The notes beneath the pieces are model-generated. The model had not been told where the DNA came from, did not search any database, and was given only the letters and a program-made list of their open reading frames with translations. From assembly GCA_021432655.1 (NCBI GenBank), contig MU271229.1, forward strand, positions 17,849 to 81,848: a stretch of DNA of 64,000 nt, read 5' to 3'. Shown one piece after another: positions 42,061 to 54,275 of the stretch (positions within the stretch are counted from its first letter, which is position 1; each line of letters begins with the position of its first letter). This stretch comes from Atractiella rhizophila (taxonomy: Eukaryota). The translations under genes and the position numbers were made by a program.

Positions 42061-45000
42061 TCAAAGGTTTTGTAATACCCTTGGTTGAATAGGAGGACTA
42101 GCTGGGTCGCCTTTTGGGATCCGCTCATAAAAGAGAAGGAAGGGATTGCAATTCAGAGCCTCGTGAGCTGACGCACTCGAGACAGTCTCATCAGAAACGT
42201 GGAACCAACCGTCCTCTCCGTCAGTTGCAACGCCAGGCCGTCGTCGAAACGTGATATAATGGCCATAACTATGCGTCCCCAGATGGACGACTATGGAACA
42301 GAGCCGGTACAGGTTTTCTTTCGACTGTCCGCTTGGACTTCCGTAAGAGATAGGCCCTTGCGGTCGCGTAGACAGCTCTCCATTGGTGCAATATGGGCCG
42401 AGGTCGAGGATTTCAGGGAAGCGTACGAGACAGTTATTCTTGACGGCATATCCCATACTGAAGTGCGCCGATCGCGAGAGATGTATTGTCAATGCATCAG
42501 GAGCCTGGAAACGAAGAAGACCATGAGCGGGTTATGGCTGCAAGATAAGAACTAAACGCACACGAGCAAACATGCTTTGCTTCGTTGCAGTCTTCCCCTC
42601 CGCCCGCTCAAGAACCACATCCACTACTTCCTTTTCCACGTTTCCCACGATGGCTTGCTGCACCCTTTCTATCCGTTGCTTTACTTCTCGTATCCGCTTC
42701 TTACGACTCGGTGTAATCTTTGGCGGTTCTTCAGAGGGATGGGAGGCAGTCGGATGCTCTAATCTTGACAGCTGAGCCTCCAATTTTTGCTTTGTGAAGA
42801 TAAGTGTGCACTTCCGGCAAGAGTACGACTCAAGAAGTTCGAGCTTCGTATATTCGCCCAACAAATCTTCGAGGCGGCACATCGTCTACAGTTCCAGGAG
42901 AAAGTTAGCACAAATGCGCAATATGTCAAGAGAATTATGTTTACAACAAAGGGGACGCTTAACGTCAGGTGGTGGCTAGGATAATGGTGGATCGCTTCAG
43001 TATACCCGCAATCTGTGCAGGACACTTTCTGGGCCATAAGAGCAGTGAACGGTGTCCGCGGATGCTTCCGCCGGTCCATGGAGGAAGGCAAGTGGGACGC
43101 TAACGAGAGCGTCGAAACCTCCGATTTCGGTGTCTATACCTACAGCGCATGAGGCATTGCGCGACTATGACAGCCAAGACTGACCTCTACACCTGTATTG
43201 AACAGCTCTCGCAGGCCCTCTGAACCCTGTCGCTCCAGTCGTCGTTTTCGCTTCACGCTCTTCTCCAGCTCTTCGTTCACGGCGTCCGTTAAGATAACGA
43301 AGAATTCTTGTGCATCTTGTTGATCCGCCGAGTTGATGTGAAGGTGGGACTTTCCTTCTGACGTGAGGAGAGCTGCACCGACGCTGGTTGATTGTAAAGT
43401 TGTGCGGCGTGGTTGAGGGGTGTTAAGTGCTGTCACAGAGAGATTGGGAGATTTAGTATATAGACATGTGAGAATAGCGACGAAAAATGGTTTGACCGCT
43501 GAATAGACAACCCGCTTTTTGCTCATAAACAATTAAAGAGAACAATATCAGAAACTTCAATTGCGTGAAGGTAGAAGGTAGGGGAATGCGCTCCAGATAC
43601 TCTCTGATCTGATAGTTGCCAATATGGTCGGTGATTCGGATGCAACGCAGAGGGGCAACTACCAGAGGAGAAAATACGGCAAAAATTAAGCCATGGGGTT
43701 GATCCACTTCCACAAGCAGGAGCCTCCGAACAAACAGCATGTCCATTCTGAAGAACCACATCCACTACTTCCTTTTCCACGTTTCCCACGATGGCTTGCT
43801 GCACCCTTTCTATCCGTTGCTTTACTTCTCGTATCCGCTTCTTACGACTCGGTGTAATCTTTGGCGGTTCTTCAGAGGGATGGGAGGCAGTCGGATGCTC
43901 TAATCTTGACAGCTGAGCCTCCAATTTTTGCTTTGTGAAGATAAGTGTGCACTTCCGGCAAGAGTACGACTCAAGAAGTTCGAGCTTCGTATATTCGCCC
44001 AACAAATCTTCGAGGCGGCACATCGTCTACATTCCCAGGAGAAAGTTAGCACGGATGCGCAATACGTCAAGAGAATTATGTTTACAGCAAAAGGGACGCT
44101 TAACGTCAGGTGATGGCTGGGGTAATGGTGGATGGCTTCAGTATACCCGCAATCTGTACAGGACACTTTCTGGGCCATGAGAGCGGTGAAAGGTGTGCGT
44201 AGATGCCTCCGCCGGTCCATGGACGAATGTAATTGAGACGCTAAGGAGAGCGTCGAAACCTCTGATTTAGGCGTCTATACCTACAGCGCATGAGGGATTG
44301 CGTGACTATGTGAGCCGAGACTGACCTCTATGCCTGTAGAATTGAACAGCTCTCGCAGGCCCTCCGAACCCTGCCGCTCTAACCGCCGCTTTCGCTTCAC
44401 ACTCTTCTCCAACTCTTCGTTCACGGCGTCCGTTAAGATGACGAAGAACTCTTGTGCGTCTTGTTGATCTGCCGAGTTGATGTGAAGGTGGGACTTTCCT
44501 TCTGCCGTCAGGAGAGCTGCGCCGACACTGGTCGATTGCAACGTGGTGCGGCGTGGCTGAGGAGTGTTAAGCGCTGTCACAGAGAGATTGGGAGATTTAG
44601 TATATAGACATGTGAGAATAACCACGAAAAATGGTTTGACCGCTGAATAGACAGCCCGCTTTTTGCTCATAAACAAATAAAGAGAACAATATCAGAAACT
44701 TCGATTGCGCGAAGGTAGAAGGTAGGGGTATGCGCTCTAGATACTCTCTGATAGTGGCCAATATGGTCGGTGATTCGGATGCAACGCAGAGGCCAACTAC
44801 CAGAGGATAAAACACAGCAAAAATTAAGCCATGGTGTGGTCTTAAACGTACAAAATGAGGAAGCAGACAACTACCCGAATGCATCTCAAGTGTTTTGGTT
44901 CCTACCAGGAATGATCTGCCGCTCTTTATGGATGAAGGACTTGAAAGCTTACTCCTTTACTACTAACGAAAGAGCTGAGTTCCATCTTTGTTGATCCACT

Positions 45001-45777
45001 TCCACAAGCAGGAGCCTCCGAACAAACAGCATGTCCATTCTGCTCGATGTCATGTCGAAGAAAGGGACACATAGAGAAATGAAGCGATCACAATCGGCGT
45101 CATGCTCCTTCAGGAAGGAAAAAGGTCAGCACCTGGTGGCTGACACAATGCGCCAGAGTGGTTACCGAGAGCAGAATACCGAGAACAGAAATAACCCAGA
45201 CGATGGAAGGCTTCGTCCTTGAAGAAGGAATAGCATTTATCATATGGAAGTATGGATGAACCAGAAGTGCTGGCGCAACAGAAACCACATGTTCAACCGG
45301 CCTAGAAGAGCACGACTGACCTCTCAACACTTCGTCCAAGCTCCTCGCCACCCTCGCGCCTGCTCTTCCACCTAATGACACGTCCTTCGTCTTCCTCAAC
45401 ACCAGAGCTTCTCCTCCATTGGCACTGGTATTGATGGAATTGTCCTCTCCAATGACACCTTCGAGATAACGCCTGAAGGACTTTAGAGCGGCTAAGGACT
45501 GGAGAACGGCATTCAGGTAGCAAAGGTTTCCATCGTTCTCTAACCCCGGATAATAACCCTTTGCTGGCCCTTCCACTTCCTCGGTGCCAGTGCTACCACC
45601 GGTAGGGTTGACGTTGCTGGTTTGGACGGGGAAAGTGAGAGAGCCGTAGTTGAAGTCGGGGTTAGGGCTGAGGAGGAGGTTGTTGGACGATGACGACAGC
45701 AGAGAGGAGAGCATGCGGAGTAGTAGCGCTAAGAGGAACACTGGCACGAAAGGGAGCAGGTAGTAGCTCGTAATCAT
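42061..45777 (-). CDS. Ubiquitin-specific protease (C19) with N-terminal hydrophobic segment; internal exons present twice
   Basis: Cys box GLENDGNLCYLNAVLQSLA, QQDAQEFF, SCTDCG/SCRKC zinc motifs, His box IVVHLGTHSYGHYITFR, WFHVSDETV, FLLFYER. Confidence 0.9.
42610..45042. repeat. Tandem duplication 2 (42610-43750 / 43751-45042) inside the USP gene
   Basis: The first ~280 bp and last ~50 bp are identical. The middle has many, largely synonymous, substitutions and a ~155-bp indel. Confidence 0.95.
44574..45320 (-). other. Long (747 nt) phase-1 intron in the USP gene with a conserved stem-loop
   Basis: GTCAGTC...TACTAA...GACAG. Removal restores DEVLR-A-LNTPQP. Confidence 0.78.
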
Positions 45778-48024
45778 CGTTTTTTCTCACTTCTGCGTGT
45801 AGGTTAGGGGTAGGGTCACTGTCAACGTCACTCTGAGCCTGGCGAGCCATACCCTGTGTATATCCAATTATAAGACAGGAGCAAGAGAGTAAGCATGAAG
45901 GGTCATGAAATAAAGTGACCACGATGCGTGGTGAAGCAGTCTCAGTAGAAAGCCCTGATGCTTTCTGTCTGCTTCGTCCAGTTATCGTTGATACGTTGGC
46001 AATATCCTTTGATGCCTCTTTTGCTTCGAAGAGTATCCGTGTTATTGAGGCCTGAGGATGATACCATCATTACCCTGACGTTCTGCTTTTCCGTCGTAAC
46101 GTGAGACGCAGCTTCTGATTCTCTGCTTCCCCTTCTGTTTCTTCTCTCCATTCGTGACCAATCCGTGCAGCTCTGACCGCACGCAGCAGAAGATTTATTA
46201 CTTAACTCGTGCTGAAATTTGCGTTTATGCATACCCTCACTATCTATGCGCACTCGAGCAAAAGAAGGACACATGCGTTTCATCTTTGCAGTGAAACAAA
46301 ATATCTTTTAAATACCTTTTGATTCAAATTGAAGAAGAAATAAATATCGCACGTGGACGCTGGACATCCAGTTTGACATCAAAATCACTAAATCAGCTCA
46401 GAAAATAAGGGGAAAAAACTGTTTCTGATATCAATTTTCTAGTGGAGAGGTTCCGAAGTCGTGATCTTTTGACTTGAAAATCGGTGTCCCATAGGCCTTC
46501 CTCAAAATCCCCCCCCCAGCTAAGATTTCGCTGATTTTAGCATGTAATCGTGCTCTTGTGTGTTTGTTGTGAACTTCTCTTCTGCACAATTGAGGTAGCA
46601 AGGGGCTGTGCTCGCTCACCGACAGGTCTCTTGCATACCAAGAAATCAGATCTCTGCCATCCCCACTTACGCTTGAAACAGCGTCCACTGTCGTTATTTT
46701 CGTCCCGTCTGGCGTTCGCAGGATAGTGCACCAGATCAACTGACCCCCTTCAATCGCAATTGGGCTGTCCCGCCGCCTGCGCGGACCGTAGGCGCGCGTG
46801 ATGGACCAGACGGAATATTGTCGCTCAGCGTGAGTAGCTCGTAATCATCGTTTTTTCTCACTTCTGCGTGTAGGTTAGGGGTAGGGTCACTGTCAACGTC
46901 ACTCTGAGCCTGGCGAGCCATACCCTGTACCCAGAAAGGAAGTTTACCCTGTGTATATCCAAGTGTTATAAGACAGGAGCAAGAGAGTAAGCATGAAGGG
47001 CTATGAAATAAAGTGACCACGATGCGTGGTGAAGCAGTCTCAGTAGACAGACCTGATGCTTTCTGTCTGCTTCGTCTAGTTACCGTTGACACGTTGGCAA
47101 TATCCTTTGATGCCTCTTATGCTTCGAAGAGTATCCGTGTTATTGTGGCCTGAGGATGATACCATCATTACCCTGAATGAATCATCGTTCTGCTTTTCCG
47201 TCGTTACGTGAGAGCTTTTGATTCTCTGCTTCCAGATCTGCAATCTCTTCTGTTTCTTCTCTCCATTCGTGACCAATCCGTGCAGCTCTGTATTATGTCA
47301 GTTTCAGACTGAAGTGAAGGCTTGACGGATCAAGAATCATCAAGGATGGCCCGTTCAACTTTGCGATGTTGCTTGACCGCATGCAGAAGATTTATTTTTA
47401 TTACTGACTCGTGCTGAAATTTGCGTTTGTGAATACTCTCACCTTCCGTGCACACACGAGCAAGGAAGGACACATGCGTTTTATCTTTGCAGCAAAATAA
47501 ATATCTGTTAAATACATTCTGATTCAAATTGAAGAAGAAATAAATATTGCACGTGGACGCCGCACATCCAGTTTGACATCAAAATCACTAAATCAGCTCA
47601 GAAAATGAGGGGAAAAACTGTTTCTGGTATCAATTTTCCAGTGGAGGGGTTCTGAAGTCGTGATCTTTTGACTTGAAAATTGGTGTCCCATAGGCTTCCT
47701 CAGAATCCCACTAGCTAAGATTTCGCTGATTTTAGCATGTAATCGTGCTCTTGTGTGTTTGTTGTGAACTTCTCTTCTGCACAATTGAGGGAGCAAGGGG
47801 CTGTGCTCGCTCACCGACAAGTCTCTTGCATATCAAGAAATCAGACCTCTGCCATCCCCACTTACGCTTGAAACAGCGTCCACTGTCGTTATTTTCGTCC
47901 CCTCTGGCGTTCGCAAGATAGTGCAGCAGATCAACTGACCCCCGTCAATCGCAATTGGGCTGTCCCGCCGCCTGCGCGGACCGTAGGCGCGCGTGATGGA
48001 CCAGACGGAATATTGTCGCTCAGC
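45762..48024. repeat. Tandem duplication 3 (45762-46829 / 46833-48024), intergenic region between USP and GH28
   Basis: Ends identical or near-identical; the middle is diverged, with 24-bp and ~84-bp indels. Confidence 0.95.
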
Positions 48025-48112
48025 ATGTCCTTGCGACGCGTCCCTCTGATATCTCGTATGCGGACCTTGTTTCCTAGCCTAACGATCCGACTCTCCTTCG
48101 ATGAGACAGACT

Positions 48113-48119
48113 TATAAAA
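48113..48119 (+). promoter_or_regulatory. Putative TATA box of the GH28 gene
   Basis: TATAAAA ~70 nt upstream of the ATG at 48184. Confidence 0.45.
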
Positions 48120-48183
48120 AGCCTGTCACTGACAAAGAGGGATCATGATCCTCCCTGATCGTTGATTGTGCACCGGGAAAAAA

Positions 48184-49884
48184 ATGTGTTGCTCTGTTTT
48201 GTTCGCCTCACTTTTGCTTCCTTGGCTCGCTGCAGCCGTCACAACTTGTTCTGTCCTTTCCTACGGCGGGAAAGCGGACAACTCTACCGATTTGGGACCT
48301 GCGATTCTTTCGGCGTGGAATAATTGCGTCAAACCAGCTTTGACCAGCGTTCGAACGGATACCATCTTGCTCATCCCTTCCGGAAACTTTCTTCTCAAAT
48401 CCAACGTGGTACGTCTGTATACAGCTCTGTGCTAATGGAAGCTGAGGTGTACACCGTAAAGCAAATGGATAAAGCTTCCACTTTCAATTTCAAACTTGAA
48501 GGCAACATTTATCTTCCATACGATTCTAGCCTGACGGGCAACATGATCTGGTTCTCCGTATGCTGTTCTTGAAGCAAAGCTGTTTCTTTGATGAAGCAAA
48601 ACCAGCACTGCGACAGCATTCTCTTCAGCGGTTCTGGCAAGATCTACGGAAACGGGTATCGCTATCGACCTAGAGGAAATGTGAGCCATAGTGTAGAATG
48701 AGAGGTCCCGCTCATGGTTTGTGCAGCTCAGTCTTAACCCGAACCGTCCAAGGTTGCTGAGATTTGAAAGCTGCAACAAGTCCGTGTTCCTTTTTCGTTT
48801 TATTCAGCAGAAACTCAAGCCTTCGTTAGCAACATTATTACTGGTGTGACTTTGTATGATGCTCCCAAGTTTCACGTCACCGTTATTGGCGATAAGTAAG
48901 ATCTTAAACACTTCCCTCATTTTCTCGCTGACAATATCTAGCAACATTGTTCACGATGTGCGCAAGTCATTCACGCAATCTTCAGCTGAAGAAGTTTGAT
49001 CAGATGGCGATCCACGCCACAAATATCGGTGAAAGTAAGACTTCTGCTCCCTATATCGAAACAGTTTGTCTGAAATTTGTCCCAGCTGACGGCTTCGACA
49101 TGTCTGGGAACAACAACTATGTGTACAACGTGGTGGTTGAAAACGGGGACGAGTGCGTGACGGTGAAGACACCTACGGTTGGATTCAAGGCAGAGAATAT
49201 CGTTTGTATCGGTACGGCAGGCTGCAATTCTGGGTCGTACGGCTCTGGTGCGACTGGGGTTTCCATCCAGAACGTTTACTATCGAAATGTATCGATCTCC
49301 AATTCCAAGGCGGGGATCATGCTTAAGAGCTATCCAAACTGTCAAGGAACCAAACTGTCAAGGAACCGTCAAGAATTTGACCTATGAGGATTTCACTTTT
49401 GTTCGCCGTCTCCTTCTTTAAAACAGCATCTTCTACTTATTCTTCTTTACTTACAGACGGCTGCTGCCTATCCCCTTGACATAGACTCTAACTGGTATTT
49501 ACCTCCTTGCAGTTTTTAATAGGTGCTGAGACGATGTTACCAGGATGGGGGATGGAGTTGACAGCGGATCCCTCGCGATCAGCGATGTCACCTTTACGAA
49601 CATCAAGGTATGCTCCACCAAGATTTCACCTCGTTACTGCCTGTGATTTCATGTATTTCGAACAGGGGACAGGAACATCCTCTCGTCCAGCAGTGAAGCT
49701 GTGGTGCAACAAAGCGACGCCTTGCAAGGTCCGTTCTTTGTCTCCTATTCAACTCACGATCGGGATCTGAAGGGAGGGCGACGGACAGAACATCAAGTTT
49801 TCTGGTGTATCCATCACTGGAGCCGCAGCCAATGAATTCACGAACGCCTGTGGAACAGGTCTGAGTGGACTCCCAGCTTGTTGA
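48184..49884 (+). CDS. Secreted GH28, rhamnogalacturonase-like; frameshifted by a 16-bp duplication as assembled
   Basis: Signal peptide, TCSVLSYGGKADNSTDLGPAILSAW, PNRPRLLRF, DAPKFHV, DGFDMSG, NGDECVTVK, GIMLKS. Confidence 0.88.
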
Positions 49885-50473
49885 GCTCTGCAACGTTCGT
49901 GAACTTATCATCGTGTCACTCGGCGAACAAACAAGGTCTTCCAGCGGGTTATCGTCGAACTCGGGGTTCAGACGTCGAGGAATTGAAGTGAAACATTTTT
50001 GTATATGTTGATGTTATGGCAAAGCAAAACTCGGCACGTTAGTCGTACCTGTTCTCGCGATTCCTGGAGCAGTATCCATTAGTCATTCGATTTCGATCAA
50101 GAGAATGAGATTGCATGAGAGTGTATTGGATCGAGGTCCAATGGACCGTGAGGGGTAACAACTATGTTGAAGTGGTAATGAAACAGACATTCTAGACTAA
50201 CACGGTCTGGCGGCACTGAAAAGGGACTGATGGCGATAATAATAAGACACGACGATGATGAAGAAAATCGACTGGACTTCCAAACCTTTTAAACTTTTAA
50301 TTAACGAACTATCCTTATGCCCTTTATCTCGTTGACTGTGAGAGGCAACGAATTCCAGAAAGACCCTTTGGATCGAATGAAACGATGAACGATAAGATGG
50401 CAGGAGACCTGCAATACCAAAACCAATGAAGATCCGAATCCGTATGCAAGCAGAAGCTGAAGGCGTCGTCCGA

Positions 50474-52211
50474 TCATTGAGTGGGAGAATGGAGACCATG
50501 ATACCGTTCCTGAAAGCGTTCCGCAGGGTAATAAACATTCGAAGGAGTCGTGATGTCGATGTCGAGCTCCGAATCCTTTTTATCGACCACGACCTCGAAT
50601 GGCGTCTGCGGTGAGCCCATCTCGAGATCAATGGATGTCACCGACTCCCCCGCCTTGGATATCGACTCGGACTTCTCGACGTACCGTGGCCGTCGAGGAG
50701 TCGTTGGAGTCACTTGATCCACCACAGTCGTTTGGACAGTGTGTACGCGCACTGAAGTCGTGTAGAGCTCGTACGGTTTACGGGAGCCGGAGGAGTAGTG
50801 GCCTTTCCCGAACTCGATGAAACCACGGCTGAAGAGGAAGAGGCAGACGTCGGCGAAGCCGCATGAGGCCATGAGGAAGCCGGCGAAGCAAAGCACCTTT
50901 GGGGGTATCTGAGCATGGGATCAGCGGCAGAACGGACATGGAGAGGGACGAATACTCACTGAGTGGCCCGAGAAGGACGCTAATCGACAAGCTGAAAGGG
51001 GAAGGACGAGTGCGGTGAAGATGATTGGGTATCCAATCATCTTCTTTGCCGTCCGTTCCAGCATCGGAAAGCTGGGTAGATCCCTGACCTTCACTCGTTG
51101 CCCATCTGCCGAAGTGCGAGTTGGTTGCCCGAGTGCCACGACAGACTTGGAACGGAATGCGGGCAGGGCACCGTTGAAGGGCCAGATTTGGGATAGGGAG
51201 AAGAAGACGAAGCTGTACATGACTATCGTGCCGAAAGCTGTCCGCCATTCTCATCAGCCATCGAAATTGGATGCGGTGGATGACGAACCTGAAAGGAAGA
51301 CGAAGACGTAGTGCAGCCAGACCCATGATGCTGAATACTCAGGGTCGATAAAACACCATTCTCCCGCCCGGCCATCTATCGTCCATGATCAGCGTCGCTG
51401 CGAATGAGTCCGAGCGAGGGAGGACGTACAGAATGGTCCCCTGGAATCCCTCACCACCGTTGTTGGTCCCAACACGCTCAGGACGATGACCAAGGCCCAG
51501 ATGAAGGCAGCGAAGCTGTAGAGGACGAATTTTGAGGGCTTGTACCTGAATCCTAGGATGGATGCAGTATGGACGGCTATCGCTAGGTTCTTCATCCATA
51601 TTTAATTAGCGCCTGCACAGGGTAATGATCAAGAAACACACGAAAAGGGAAGAGGCGGCGTCGCCTGTTTGAATGCCTGTTTATAGGAGAGGAGGTCAGA
51701 AGGGAAGGAAGAAAGGGAGGCGACGGACCAAGAGCTTGCACGGTGCACACGGCTCCTCGCTCAACATAGCCCAACTTGACCCAACGGAACATGGGGATGA
51801 AGCCTACACATTGTACCAAGTCGGCGACGAGTAGGTTGACGAAAAGGAATCCGAATCTGCATCGCGTTAACATTCCTCAGCTCGACTGTTTCCGAGTCGA
51901 AAACGAAAAAGACCGACTGTGTTTTGAGGAACCGGACCTGTGTCTCCCTTTCCTGTGGTGGTGCCATTCCTGGCCCTTTCCGACGCGGAGGAGCGCGTTT
52001 GAAGGAGATGAGGAGGAAGGCCATGTATGAGAGGAGGCCGAGGATGGTGACAGCCGAGAGGATGGATGCTATGCCTACGGCCTTTGGCACGATGATTGTC
52101 AGCAGCTGAAGAGGTGAATGAGGGAAAACGCACAATGATGCCTCCCTCCTCCCGAACTTTGCCCTGATAGGTGCTGTCGAGGTCGATCCCTGGCGGACTA
52201 GAATAACTCAT
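50474..52211 (-). CDS. Git3/Gpr1-like G-protein-coupled receptor
   Basis: About seven hydrophobic segments; FVNLLVADLVQ, CTVQALGIQTGD, NLAIAVHT, AKKMIGYP, SCGFADVCLF. Confidence 0.82.
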
Positions 52212-54275
52212 CTCTTGCGTCCAACGATAAATACTCTGCTAAATCCTTGCTGAAACCCACTGCTCGTTCCCGTGCGTATGAATATTCTGAAAACCGAATA
52301 GTATTGAATGCTATGCTGAATATTGAATACGCCTGAATACGCTAACTATCCTAGAAGACGCGTCCCGAGAAAGAAACTTGTAATTCGCGGCGCGACAAGG
52401 ATAAGGAGGAGTACCAGATGGGTAGGCGCGGTGATGGAGTGACAGAGCGAATTAGTGACAGTGACAGCAGTTGGACGGGAGAAGAGCGAGGCAGGTGGAA
52501 GACCCAAGCCATTATTTAAGCAGTCGGCGTGATGAAATGATTTTTGCGCTGAGATAGCTGCCGAGCCTGTGGCTCAGTCCTGCTCACACCAGAATTCGAG
52601 ACGATTGGAACACTTTTAGCATTTTACCGATGAATCTCAGCTGGTTCAAGGTCTTTTGGAAGGGAACGTGAGCGAAGAATTGATTCGGTTGGGAGGGGTA
52701 CTGCAGATGTCCTTCATCTCACGTTCCTTCAAACTATCTCTGCTTAATTCTCGTTCATTGTGCTTCAACTCAGCGATGCGAGATGGGACCAATTCATGGA
52801 CTTACATCGGAGCCAGGCGCAACACATTCCCCCACTTTGAGTCACCTTCGTACGCTGCGACATTCAAAAGTCCTTGCACCACCTTCTTCTGGTGCCACTT
52901 CGTGCTGCCGATCTCTGCCACCCCTTTCAAGTTCGCTTGCCCTTTCATTTGTCTCCAACGGCAAGTCCATCTTTTAGCTTTAGCAAGCTTCAGGAAGTTA
53001 CTTATGAAGGACTCTGGATTACAGGTCGTTCCGACATCGAGGCGCGAGTCAAACAGCCGCGGAGGGTTTCGTCCGAGCTCAGCAACGTGGCAAAGGGCCG
53101 CCTTGTTCTTTGGGATCCGAAATAAAGGTAACCGATCGACATTAGGTGCACGTGAGAACGCATTGTTGTCGTTGTGGTGGATGGGAAAAGTAAGCCTGTG
53201 CATTATCTGTTGCTGTATCGCTGATCACGCGCGAGTCTTGTTTTGTGGAGCATCGCGCACATGTCATAGATGTCAACGAGTCTTCCACGCCGATTCACAC
53301 ATCAATCGCCATCGCCATCAGCAATCAGCAGAGGAAGCAGTGTCGGATACAATTGGAGCAACGTCCCGCTTTGCTTCACGTCCACCTGCCACGAGAGTTG
53401 CAAAGCCTGTTCGAAGGTTGACGTACTTGATCAATTCCTCCGCTTCGGCCACATCTCATCCAGTCCTGGGTCACCAGGTGGTGGCTCAGTTCCAATTGTG
53501 CCTTCTTCTTTCACCCATAAGCATGCCATCCCGCACACAGTTAGATCTTCATCCATCACGTCGGGAAGGGAGAGTGCGGGACCTTTCTTCTCCGGCTTAT
53601 GGCAGTCCCGACAAAAGCGCTATAAGCGAGGCTGCTCCTTGGAACAATCCCAGTATGACTGAATGACAATACACATCTCGAAAGGCTCAATTTGCGCCTC
53701 GCGACAACTCCAACAGGGACGGCCATCCGACCTCGACGGAACTCCAGATTGACTGAATGAATTCAGTCATTGTTGTCTCCCGACTGATCCCGCCCCTCGC
53801 CTTCCGATTGAAGGAGGTGGACGGATGTTGCACGGTTCAAGTTGGGCGTTTGCAATTCGATTGTGGTTCTAGAAGGCAATAGAAGGCAATAGAAACAGGC
53901 GATTTAACCGCTTCAGTTAGTGTTGGAAAGGCACGATGGAACGACGGGAAGATTAAGGGCACTAATAACACTTAGCCTCTGGACGATGACGGCGAGATGC
54001 TGCATCGACTGGAAAAGTGGAGGTAAGATCCTCGTCGTTCATCAAGACCTGAAAGAGTCTTTATTGTCTCTCTATTACCAATCAGAGATGGTCGGGAAGT
54101 AAACTCCCTAGAGTGTATTGGGAGCAAATTACAAGAAGCTATTTACAAGTAAAGACGAAGGGAGGCAGGCGTGTATCGATCGTGTAGCGAGGTACAGACT
54201 AATTGATATCAGAAGGCAGTAAATTGTTAGCTTTCAAAATGGCTTCCCATCCTCGGCGAATCCGTAGCTCTTGCC

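Noticed and set aside
45245..45255. U1 snRNA 5' end (AUACUUCC on the minus strand) in the USP intron
   Set aside because: It does not match AUACUUACC and no U1 stem-loop motifs were seen.
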